A DNA stretch of 64,000 nt from Polyangia bacterium. Its GTDB lineage: Bacteria; Myxococcota_A; Polyangia; Fen-1088. Each line of letters starts with the position of its first letter. Position 1 is the first letter of the stretch. A program made the translations under genes and the position numbers. The notes under the pieces were generated by a model that was not told the origin of the DNA, searched no databases, and saw nothing but the letters and a program-made list of their open reading frames with translations. Below, piece by piece: positions 12,317-20,913 of the stretch. The DNA is taken from contig DATATI010000074.1 in assembly GCA_036268875.1 (NCBI GenBank), positions 133,886 to 197,885 of the forward strand, in the 5' to 3' direction.

Positions 12317-13135
12317 ATGAGCCTGCGTTACACTGCTGAAGCGAACATGGACGAGCCCGCGCTCCGCGACGTCGAGCGGTGGAAAGACAAAATCGAAGTC
12401 CGCCTGGACAACCGCCAGGTATTTTTCCTCTTCTTTGGCAGCGCGCTGGTGGCGTGCATGCTGTTCGTGTTGGGCGTCATCGTGGGCAAGCGCATCGAAT
12501 CGCGCGGTCGCGCCGACGCGCCGGAGATTCAAGATCCGCTGGCCGTGCTTGATCGGGTGAACCAGCCGACGGTGACCGCGGCCGCGCCCGCCGACCAGGG
12601 ACTGGCCTTTCCGAAGGCGTTGATCGGCAGCGCAGGCGCGAAGTCGAAACCGATCGGACTGTCGCCGCGGCCGCCCTCGCCGCCGATCGCACCGCCGACG
12701 TCCGCCGTGGCCACGCACGCGCCTGAAGCGACACCGCCCAAGCCAGCCGCCGCTCATGCGGCGCCGAAACCGATCGCCGCCGCTGCCAGGGCGCCGACGC
12801 CCATCGCCGCCAAAGCCAGCGCCAGCAACGGTCCCCTGGTCGTCAGGACGCCCGCCGCCCCGAAATCGACCATCCTTGTGGCCGCCGCCGTCGATCCAGC
12901 GGCAAAGGGCAAGTTCACACTGCAGCTAAGCTCGTTCCCCGACCGCACCGAGGCCGACGCCTTCGCCAAGAAGTTCGCCGCTCAGGGCGCTTTTATCATC
13001 ACCTCAGAGATCCCCGGCAAGGGCACCTGGTACCGCGTGCGCGTGGGCAACTACGCCTCCGCGCAAGAAGCGACCAACGCCAAGGCGAACTTCGAAAAGC
13101 AGCACAACGTCATCGCGTATGTAGCCGCTCGATAG
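12317..13135 (+). CDS. SPOR domain-containing membrane protein (peptidoglycan-binding, division-site associated)
   Basis: N-terminal TM helix (FFLFFGSALVACMLFVLGVIVG). Pro/Ala-rich linker. C-terminal SPOR-like domain (FTLQLSSFPDRTEADAFAKKF...GTWYRVRVGNYASAQEATNAKANF). The ATG at 12317 is preceded by a GGAAAG RBS-like sequence. Confidence 0.75.
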   Translation: MSLRYTAEANMDEPALRDVERWKDKIEVRLDNRQVFFLFFGSALVACMLFVLGVIVGKRIESRGRADAPEIQDPLAVLDRVNQPTVTAAAPADQGLAFPKALIGSAGAKSKPIGLSPRPPSPPIAPPTSAVATHAPEATPPKPAAAHAAPKPIAAAARAPTPIAAKASASNGPLVVRTPAAPKSTILVAAAVDPAAKGKFTLQLSSFPDRTEADAFAKKFAAQGAFIITSEIPGKGTWYRVRVGNYASAQEATNAKANFEKQHNVIAYVAAR

Positions 13136-13146
13136 CGCCGCACGGG

Positions 13147-16100
13147 CTAGAACAGCAATCCTATATTGACGTGGAAGACGCCGATCTTGGTGTCGCCGGG
13201 GCCCGGGTCGAGGGGCCAGGCCCAGGCGAAGGCCAGATCGCCGACGGGCAGTTTCAGCAAGAGGGGCGAGATGCCCACGCCGTGGCGGAATTGTTTGGCG
13301 GTCAAACCGTTCAGCGAGTCGGCGACCACACCGTTGTCCATGAAGATCGATCCGTACCAGGGCGCGCTGATCGGAAATTGCAGATCGATGTTTTGCAGGA
13401 TGCGCAGGCTGCCGCCGATGGGTCGGTACTCGGCGCCGTAAAGGCCGGTGGATCCAGGGGCGGCGGCGTCGACGGGGATCAGCGGGAACTGCACCACCTC
13501 GATCCGGGCACGATCCAGGCGGAAGCCGCGGATGGTGGTGTCGCCGCCGGCAAAATACCGTTCGACCTTGGGCAGCACCTGCGGGCCGCCCAGCGGAAAC
13601 CCCTCTTCAAAGCGCAGGCCGTGGCGCAATGAGAGCCACGGCGTCAGCGGAATCACCGACGTCGAGCGCACCGCCACCTTCAGGAAGGTGTCGTCACCGA
13701 CGGCGAACGGCAGCGGACGCAGAGGGATCGACAAGACCGGCAAGGCCATCTCCGCCGTCGCCTCCAGCTTGAAACCGCGCGTGGGCAGCAAGCGATTGTC
13801 CAGGCGCTGCCACTCGATGTTGGTGGAGACGCTGCCGACGGTGGTTCCCAGCTGCACGGTGGTCTGCAGCTCGTCGGCGCCGGCAGGGCGCAGCAGCGAT
13901 TCGGTGTGCGTGGTGTTGCGCAGGTTGTAATGAACGCCGGCGTCGACCCCCGGGTAAAGCTCGCGCGAAAAACCGATCGAGCCGCCGCCCGAGCGAATGT
14001 CGCCGAGGCGCGCCGTCGCCTGCCGGTTGTACGTGAACGAAGCGTCGAAGCGAAACAGAGTGCCCAGGAAGCGCCCGTCGAGAAAGTCGGCGTTCCCGCG
14101 CAGCAGCGACTGGCCGTACTGGACCTGACTCAAGAAATTCCAGGCGTGCCCGAAAAGGTTGCGGTTCTCATAGCCAACCCGTCCGTAGATGCCCACGCCC
14201 AGCACGGAATCGGGTGGCGCTTGCTCCGTCGAGGCGCCCACGCCGACGTGAATCAAGCTGTATTGCTCGTAACGCTCCTCGACCTCGACCACCATCGGCA
14301 CCACCGGGCGCTTTTCGTCCTTGCCGGGGAAGGACAGCGGCTCGGCGTTGTTAAACAATTGCATGAAGCCCAGGTTGCGCTGGCCGCGCTCCACCGCGGT
14401 GGTGGTCAGGGTGTCGCCGGTGCGCAGCGGGATCTGCCGCAAGATGGTCTTGTCTTTGGTGACGAAGTTGCCGCGCACGAACACCGGGCCCACCACGGTC
14501 CGGTTGCCGGGCTTGACCACCCAGGTCAGCGCGACCTTGTCGCCGGTGCGGCTGACGTCGGGATCGACGGTGGCCTCGGGGAAGCCGGCGTCGCCCATCA
14601 GCCTTTCGAGGCGGCGGCCGTCCTCGCGCACCAGACCCACGCGATAAGGTTCGTTCGGGCGTAAAGACAAACTGTTGCGAAGAAAATCCGTGCTGTAGGG
14701 AAGGCTGCTGCCGTCGTCGGTGCGAAAGTTCTCCGACGCCAGCGTCACCAGCGGGCCCTCTTCGATGGTGAAGCGCACATAGATGGCCGAGGCGTCGCGC
14801 GACGCCGTCTCGGCACCGGCGGCGATGGCGCCCAGCAGACCCAGCGCCGCCTGCGCTGTGGCCGCCTCGCCGCGCGCCTTGACGTCGGGGAAACCGCGCC
14901 CGCGGTAGTGCTGGACGATGCGCTCGGCGTCCTGCTGCAGCTGGCGCCCGGTGACGTAGCCGCCTTCGCCAAGACCGATGTATCCCAGCAACGGGAACGT
15001 CCGCACCGTCACGACATCGCGCAGATCGTCGGCGCCAAAGTGCTGGTTGCCGACGAATTCGATGCCGCGCACTTTCAGCTCGGGGCCTTCGTCGATGCTG
15101 AAGACGATGCGATCATCGCCGGCCGAAATGTGCTCGCGCCGCCAGTCGACGCGGGCGAAGAAATGCCCCTGTTGTTCGTAATACCGCTCCAGCGTGTCGG
15201 CGCTGACCGAGACCTCGTGGTCGTCGTACGACCCCCGGTCAAACAAGGTCAGCTCGTCCTTCAGGGTGCTGGACGAGACGTGGCGGTTGCCCTCGAAGAC
15301 CACCACGATGTGCTTGCGTTCGTTGACGGTGATGGTGAGGTGAACGTTCTTTGCTTGCCGATCGATGCTGCTGGCGACATTGAAATCGCTGGACACCCGC
15401 GCCCCGACATAGCCCTTGTCGCGGTACTTCTTGGTCAGGGCGTCGATGTCGATGCGCAGTTGTTTGGCGGTGAACGGCGCGGCCAGAAACCAGGCCGCCT
15501 GCCAGTCGCGGTGGTGAAACATCTTTTCGATCTCGTCGCTGGGGAACAGCGAGTTGCCGATCACCGTCACCGGCCCCAGCGGATACGCCGACCCGCGCGT
15601 GACGTTGATGGTGACGTCGGTGGCGCCGTCGACGCCACGGGCGGGCTCGAGCACCAGGTGGGCGTCAGCGTCGAAGTAACCCTCTCCGCGCAGGTATTCC
15701 ACCACCCGACCGCGCTCGCGTTCCAGGGCGGCGTCGCGGTCCAGGCCGGGCAGGGGCAGCGGGCGGCCGGGACGAAAGGTGATGCGACGCTGGATCTCGT
15801 CCTGACGAAGGGTGCCGTTGCCGCGGACGAAGATGTAGCGGACCCGGTCGTACGGCCGCACCGTCACCACCAGGCGCAGGCCGGCGCCGTCGCGGCGAGT
15901 CGCGACGGCGGCGTCATAACCGATTTGGTCCATCGCTTGGCGCAGGCGCGGGATGGTCCCCACCGGCTCGCCGGCGCGATCGGCGGGGCCGGCCGCCACG
16001 AAGGGCGCGCCGATGGGAAAGATCGCCGTCAACAATTGCTGCACCTTCGTCGCCTCGTCGGGGCGCGTGCCAGAAAGGTCGAACCCGGTGATGAGGCGGC

Positions 16101-16269
16101 CGGTGTCGTCGGCGGGCGGCGGCAGGGCTGGGTTGCGCGGCTCGACGGCGGTGACGTCCGGCTCCTGCGCGCGCGCCCGACCAGGCGCGAACGCGCTCTG
16201 CGCCAGCGCGACGGCGGTGGCGATCAATAAGGCGGCGGCGGGCGAGGGGTGGGCTGGTCTCGTCGGCAA
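13147..16269 (-). CDS. bamA: Outer membrane protein assembly factor BamA / Omp85 family (POTRA domains plus C-terminal beta-barrel)
   Basis: Signal peptide. Long POTRA-repeat region. The C-terminal beta-barrel ends in the aromatic signature (...HVNIGLLF). 1040 aa. Confidence 0.8.
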   Translation of the reverse strand: MPTRPAHPSPAAALLIATAVALAQSAFAPGRARAQEPDVTAVEPRNPALPPPADDTGRLITGFDLSGTRPDEATKVQQLLTAIFPIGAPFVAAGPADRAGEPVGTIPRLRQAMDQIGYDAAVATRRDGAGLRLVVTVRPYDRVRYIFVRGNGTLRQDEIQRRITFRPGRPLPLPGLDRDAALERERGRVVEYLRGEGYFDADAHLVLEPARGVDGATDVTINVTRGSAYPLGPVTVIGNSLFPSDEIEKMFHHRDWQAAWFLAAPFTAKQLRIDIDALTKKYRDKGYVGARVSSDFNVASSIDRQAKNVHLTITVNERKHIVVVFEGNRHVSSSTLKDELTLFDRGSYDDHEVSVSADTLERYYEQQGHFFARVDWRREHISAGDDRIVFSIDEGPELKVRGIEFVGNQHFGADDLRDVVTVRTFPLLGYIGLGEGGYVTGRQLQQDAERIVQHYRGRGFPDVKARGEAATAQAALGLLGAIAAGAETASRDASAIYVRFTIEEGPLVTLASENFRTDDGSSLPYSTDFLRNSLSLRPNEPYRVGLVREDGRRLERLMGDAGFPEATVDPDVSRTGDKVALTWVVKPGNRTVVGPVFVRGNFVTKDKTILRQIPLRTGDTLTTTAVERGQRNLGFMQLFNNAEPLSFPGKDEKRPVVPMVVEVEERYEQYSLIHVGVGASTEQAPPDSVLGVGIYGRVGYENRNLFGHAWNFLSQVQYGQSLLRGNADFLDGRFLGTLFRFDASFTYNRQATARLGDIRSGGGSIGFSRELYPGVDAGVHYNLRNTTHTESLLRPAGADELQTTVQLGTTVGSVSTNIEWQRLDNRLLPTRGFKLEATAEMALPVLSIPLRPLPFAVGDDTFLKVAVRSTSVIPLTPWLSLRHGLRFEEGFPLGGPQVLPKVERYFAGGDTTIRGFRLDRARIEVVQFPLIPVDAAAPGSTGLYGAEYRPIGGSLRILQNIDLQFPISAPWYGSIFMDNGVVADSLNGLTAKQFRHGVGISPLLLKLPVGDLAFAWAWPLDPGPGDTKIGVFHVNIGLLF

Positions 16270-16285
16270 GGGTGGCGCGATATCA

Positions 16286-19200
16286 TCACCGTCTTATCGG
16301 GAAATCCCAGCGCAATTCGAAGCTGCCGTTCGGGGGCAGCGTCTCGTTCACGCCTTGCTGCGACGACAGGGTGAGCCACTCCAGCGTGCCGGCCACGCTG
16401 ACGTAGTCGACGATCCAGAAATTCAACTGGGCGCTTTTGCGGCTTTGCCCTTGAAAGCCGAACAATGTGTCGGCCTGGAAGTTCACCTTGCGGCTGATGC
16501 GCTTGCGGACCCGGCCCTCGAAGCCGTCGGGCCCGACGGTGAGGCGCAGGTCGAGGCCGGTCAGACGCTGGAAGGTGTTGTCGATGTACGGCTCCATGAG
16601 ATTCGCGATGGTGTCGCGGGTCAGCTGGCCGGCCACGTCCGCGCCGGTCGAGATGTTGGCGCCCACCGTGGGGTTCTGGGTGCTGATCCGTTGCGAATCG
16701 GTGGTGGTTCGTCCGGTCAGCAACAACAGGGCGGTCTGGTTGCGGTCCAGGCCGTCGTCGGTGGTGAGATCGATCTGCGCCTCGCGCAGGGGGCCGTGGA
16801 TGTGCATGCGCACGTTGTGCTCGTTGCCGCTGGCGTCGACCACCGGGTTCTGCGCTTCGATGTTCAGGTCGGGCGTGTCGCCGTAGGTCAGCGACTTGGT
16901 CTCGACGAACGTCGCGTAGCTGGCGTTCGGCACCAGCTCGAATTCACCGCGGAAACCGGGGAAGGAAAAACGCCCGTCGGTGGGCCGCACCGTCCCGGCC
17001 AGCGCCGGTTCGGCCAGCGTGCCGCCGATGTGCAGGGCGACGTCGATGTGGATCTCCGGCGCGATGTTGTTCTGCACGACAAAGCCTTCGCCGATGGTGC
17101 GCACGCCCAGGTCCAGGGACAGACCTTCGAGCAGCGGCTTGCCTTCATAAAAGGGCCGCACGTCGGTCTCGTCGACGCGGGGGCTGATCACCAGGCTCTG
17201 CACCTTGAAGTCCTGCAGGTAGCGCCCGGACACCAGGCGCACCTCCCCGCCCAGAGTGAAGCCTTCGTGGACGTTGCCGCGCAGGTTGAGATCGAACGCC
17301 AGGTCGTCGATCTCGGCGGTGTTGGGGATGCGGTAGGAAAGCTGCTCGCCGTGCAAGGGCAGGTCGACGTCGCCGGGCTCAAACGGGATCAAGTTGGTGA
17401 AATTCACCCGTCCGGCCCGGACGCCCGAGGCGCCGATGATGAGCAGGCCTTGATCGTCCAGCCGCACCCGCACGTCGTGCAGCACGGCGCCCGCGTTGTT
17501 CAGCTCGACGGCGCCACTTTGCACGGCCACCTCGGTGCCGGTGTCACGCAGGCGAAAGGTGATGGCCCCCAGCTCCAGGCTGCCGAAGATCTGCGGTTTG
17601 GTCAGCGACCCGCGCATCTGCCCTTTGATGCGCGCCTTGCCGTGGGCGTCGGTGACCGCCTGAGGCGCGGCGAAGGTCAGCAGGCGCGCGTTGATCTCAC
17701 CGTCCAGATCAACGGCAATGTCGTGAGGCTGAAACGACGGGCCCAGCGCCGCGCTGCCGGTCAGGCGCACCGTCGAGCCTTCCACCGTCAGCAGCACGTC
17801 TTGCACCTTCACCTGATCGCCGTTCAGTTGAAAATGGCCCGACGCCAACGCGATGTCGGCGTCCACGTCTTTCGGCCGCAGCTTTACCGGCGACACCACG
17901 TCGATCTGGCCGCTTAACTGCGGCGCCACCCGGGTGCCGCGCGCGCTCAGCGCCACCTTCAAGTCGCCGCTGATCTTGTCAACGCTGCCGCGCAGGAACG
18001 GTTGCAAGAGCTCAAGGTCCAGATGGCCGCTGACGTCGCCGCTGATGCGCTGACCGTCCAGCCGGCCTTGCGCGCGCAGCTCGCCGCCGTCGGTTTGAAA
18101 GCGCGCTTCGTCCAGCACCACTTGGTCGCCTTTCACTTCCAGGTGCAGCGGCTGCGCGGTCTGGATGCGCACGCGCTGGAACGACGTTTCGCCGTCGCTG
18201 CCGTCGACGGCGCGGGCGATGGACAGCCACAGCTCGGGCAAGAGGGCGTCGACGGCCAGCGGCTGGCCGGGATCGATGTCGACGCTGACGTGACCGGTGG
18301 CCACGCCGCGCGCGTCGCCGAAGCCAGCCAGTTCGGGCACCAGCGTCTCCAGCGCCAGTCGTTGAAAATCCACCGCCCCGTGCACGGACGGACCGTCTTT
18401 GTCCAGCGCCACCCGGGCGTGCACCCCGAACCGATCGAACAGCGAACCATCGATGCGCACGCCGGGGCCGGCCTTGTCGTCGACCGGCGCCAGGGTCAGG
18501 TGCCCGGTGCCGAGGGCCACGCCGCGCGCGATCACCTCGACCAGATCGACGGTGCCGCCGATCGCCGGGTGATCGATGGTTCCGCCGACGTGCAGGCGGG
18601 CGCTGACCGTGCCGGTCAAGGGAACGCCGGCGTCGGCCACGCCGGGCAGCGCCGCCAGCGGCACCTTCGCCAGCACGACGTCGACGTTCAGGGCGTTTTT
18701 TTCCTGTCTCTTGGCTCTCGCCGGCGCCAGCGCCACCGTCCCGGTCACGTCCAGGCTGCCGCCGGTCTTCAAGGCCACGTGCAGCGCTCGCACCGTGGCC
18801 ACGTTGGCCACCAACTGGGCGTCGATCGGGCCCACCCGAAAGGGCGTCCCTTGAAATTGCACGTCGGTTCCGGCCGGAACGTGAACGTCGGCGCTGATGG
18901 CGTCCAGGGGGCCGCGCGCCTTGACGTCCGCCGACACCCGGCCGACGACATCGGACCGCCCGGTGACTTGCGCCAGATCCACGTCACGCGCCGCCAGCTG
19001 CGCGTCGATCACCGGCGTGCGCAGCGGATGGCGGGTGTTCTTCTTGAAGAGCTCGATCTGCCCACTGGCCGCCAGCGTTCCCCCGAACAGACCGCCGGAC
19101 AGCGACTCCAGCCGCCCTCTGCCGTCGCGCAGGCCAAAACGCGCCTTCAGTTCGGGCACGGTTCGCGCGCCGCGGCCCACGCCGTGAACGACGGCGTCGC

Positions 19201-20818
19201 CCGTCACCGCCGGTTGATCCAGCGTGCCCGACGCCGCCGCCGACAGACGCGCGTCCTTCGCCCAGCGGGGCAGGCCCAGGCTCTCCAGCACGCGCCCGAG
19301 ATCGAACGCCACCACGTCGAGGCCCAGCTGCACGAGCTTTCGTTCCAGCTCCAGCGAGCCCTTCGCGGTGGCGGTGGCACCCGGGATCTCGACGGTGAGG
19401 CCGCTGGTGCGCGCCTCCTCCGGCGACACGCGCGCGTTGCCGTGGATGCGCACCGTTCGCGGCAAGCCGGCGGCGCGCGTGCGTGCCAGCGTCAGGTCCA
19501 GCGCGCTGACGGTGACCGCCTTGCGCGCCAGATCGCCACGCGCCACCACCTTGCCGTTGATGGCGCCGCCACCCATCGCCCGCAAGGCGGCCGGCAGATA
19601 GCTTTCGGTGCGAAAGTCGTGCAGGACGAGGTCCGCGTCCAGCTTCAGCGTGTCCGTGGCCAGGCGCGCGTTCAGCGCCAGGCGTCCACCGTCGGGCGCG
19701 CGCAGGCCGAAATTGCTGACCGCCACCCGGTCGGCGCCAGCGTCGAAGCTGAGGTCCAATCCCGTATCCAGCGCCCGGTACTGCGCGCCGTCTTGATCGA
19801 ACGTCACGTCCAGGCCGCCCACCTTGGCCGCCACCTTCAGCCTGGCGAAGGTGTCCTTCAGATCGAGGCCGATGTGGCTGGCTGCGCCTTCGCCACCGAC
19901 GGTCAAGCCCTCGATGCCCTTGCCCGCCGCAACCGCGGTCAGCGCGTCGCCGGGCAGCGTGAAATCGGCGCGCAAGGCGATCCCGGGGATCGAAGTCTCA
20001 CCGTAAATCCCGGTGAAATAGCCCTTGCCCGTCAAGGTCGAGCGTCCGGTGTTCGCCGCCGCCAGATCCAGAAAGATGTCGTCGGGTCGATCTTGCGTGG
20101 TGGCCACCCGGTTGATCGTCACCTTGTCGAAGGGCAGCTGGTTGTCCTCCAGGATGCGTAGCCAGCCGCCGCCTTCGGCCACCACCGGCGCGGCGTCGAA
20201 GCCGAAGATCGGGTGCGCGGGATCGACCGTCGATTGCATCAGCGAGGCGGTGGCGCGCGCGTGGCGCAATTCCAGACCCCAGGACCCGGGAAAATCGAAG
20301 AGGGCGTTCAGATCGTCCAGCTGCGCGCCGACGATCTGGAAAAAACTGCCGGGCGCGGGCGGTGTATTGGCCGGTGGCGCCGGCGGCGGCGTCTGCGGGG
20401 CCAGCGCGGCCAGAAACCCGATCAGCGGTTCGTTCTTCATCTCGGCGAAGCGCCAGGTGGCCTTGGGCACGCGCAGGTCGTGGATGGAAAAGCTGCCGCC
20501 GATCAGCGTGCGCAGCTTGACCCGCGCCGTCAGGTGCGGGACGTCCAGGACCACCGTGCCTTCGGGATCGATGATGCGCAGGCCGTCGAGGGAGATCGGG
20601 CTGGGCGCGTCGGTGGCCAGATCGGCCAGCGCGCGCAGGCTCCAGCCGATGCCGCCGATCTCCAGCTTGCCGCGGTTGTGCGGCAGCGCGCCTTGCACCA
20701 GGCTGCCCAGCCGCGGACCCTGCAGGATGACCGACGCTGCCAGCACCGCGACCGCCAGCAAGCCCAGCAAGCCGCCGCACGCGTATAAACTGATCTTGGC
20801 GAGGCGAGAGCGGGGCAC
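16286..20818 (-). CDS. tamB: TamB/AsmA-family translocation and assembly module protein
   Basis: N-terminal membrane anchor (LYACGGLLGLLAVAVLAASVIL). A very long beta-rich repetitive body. The DUF490-like C-terminus ends ...ELRWDFPIRR. 1510 aa. It lies immediately upstream of bamA on the same strand. Confidence 0.7.
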   Translation of the reverse strand: MPRSRLAKISLYACGGLLGLLAVAVLAASVILQGPRLGSLVQGALPHNRGKLEIGGIGWSLRALADLATDAPSPISLDGLRIIDPEGTVVLDVPHLTARVKLRTLIGGSFSIHDLRVPKATWRFAEMKNEPLIGFLAALAPQTPPPAPPANTPPAPGSFFQIVGAQLDDLNALFDFPGSWGLELRHARATASLMQSTVDPAHPIFGFDAAPVVAEGGGWLRILEDNQLPFDKVTINRVATTQDRPDDIFLDLAAANTGRSTLTGKGYFTGIYGETSIPGIALRADFTLPGDALTAVAAGKGIEGLTVGGEGAASHIGLDLKDTFARLKVAAKVGGLDVTFDQDGAQYRALDTGLDLSFDAGADRVAVSNFGLRAPDGGRLALNARLATDTLKLDADLVLHDFRTESYLPAALRAMGGGAINGKVVARGDLARKAVTVSALDLTLARTRAAGLPRTVRIHGNARVSPEEARTSGLTVEIPGATATAKGSLELERKLVQLGLDVVAFDLGRVLESLGLPRWAKDARLSAAASGTLDQPAVTGDAVVHGVGRGARTVPELKARFGLRDGRGRLESLSGGLFGGTLAASGQIELFKKNTRHPLRTPVIDAQLAARDVDLAQVTGRSDVVGRVSADVKARGPLDAISADVHVPAGTDVQFQGTPFRVGPIDAQLVANVATVRALHVALKTGGSLDVTGTVALAPARAKRQEKNALNVDVVLAKVPLAALPGVADAGVPLTGTVSARLHVGGTIDHPAIGGTVDLVEVIARGVALGTGHLTLAPVDDKAGPGVRIDGSLFDRFGVHARVALDKDGPSVHGAVDFQRLALETLVPELAGFGDARGVATGHVSVDIDPGQPLAVDALLPELWLSIARAVDGSDGETSFQRVRIQTAQPLHLEVKGDQVVLDEARFQTDGGELRAQGRLDGQRISGDVSGHLDLELLQPFLRGSVDKISGDLKVALSARGTRVAPQLSGQIDVVSPVKLRPKDVDADIALASGHFQLNGDQVKVQDVLLTVEGSTVRLTGSAALGPSFQPHDIAVDLDGEINARLLTFAAPQAVTDAHGKARIKGQMRGSLTKPQIFGSLELGAITFRLRDTGTEVAVQSGAVELNNAGAVLHDVRVRLDDQGLLIIGASGVRAGRVNFTNLIPFEPGDVDLPLHGEQLSYRIPNTAEIDDLAFDLNLRGNVHEGFTLGGEVRLVSGRYLQDFKVQSLVISPRVDETDVRPFYEGKPLLEGLSLDLGVRTIGEGFVVQNNIAPEIHIDVALHIGGTLAEPALAGTVRPTDGRFSFPGFRGEFELVPNASYATFVETKSLTYGDTPDLNIEAQNPVVDASGNEHNVRMHIHGPLREAQIDLTTDDGLDRNQTALLLLTGRTTTDSQRISTQNPTVGANISTGADVAGQLTRDTIANLMEPYIDNTFQRLTGLDLRLTVGPDGFEGRVRKRISRKVNFQADTLFGFQGQSRKSAQLNFWIVDYVSVAGTLEWLTLSSQQGVNETLPPNGSFELRWDFPIRR

Positions 20819-20913
20819 GGCGGAGCATTACTTTGCCACAGCGGCGCGCGCCTGACCCACGCCGAGCCGGGCGCGTGGTGGGCGCCGGGTCACTGTTGTA
20901 GGGTACGCCTCGC

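Noticed and set aside
18002-20161. 719-aa plus-strand ORF inside the tamB-like gene
   Set aside because: Antisense to a long domain-consistent gene. Low-complexity translation. The same applies to 14908-16230 and 15953-17917, which are antisense to bamA/tamB.
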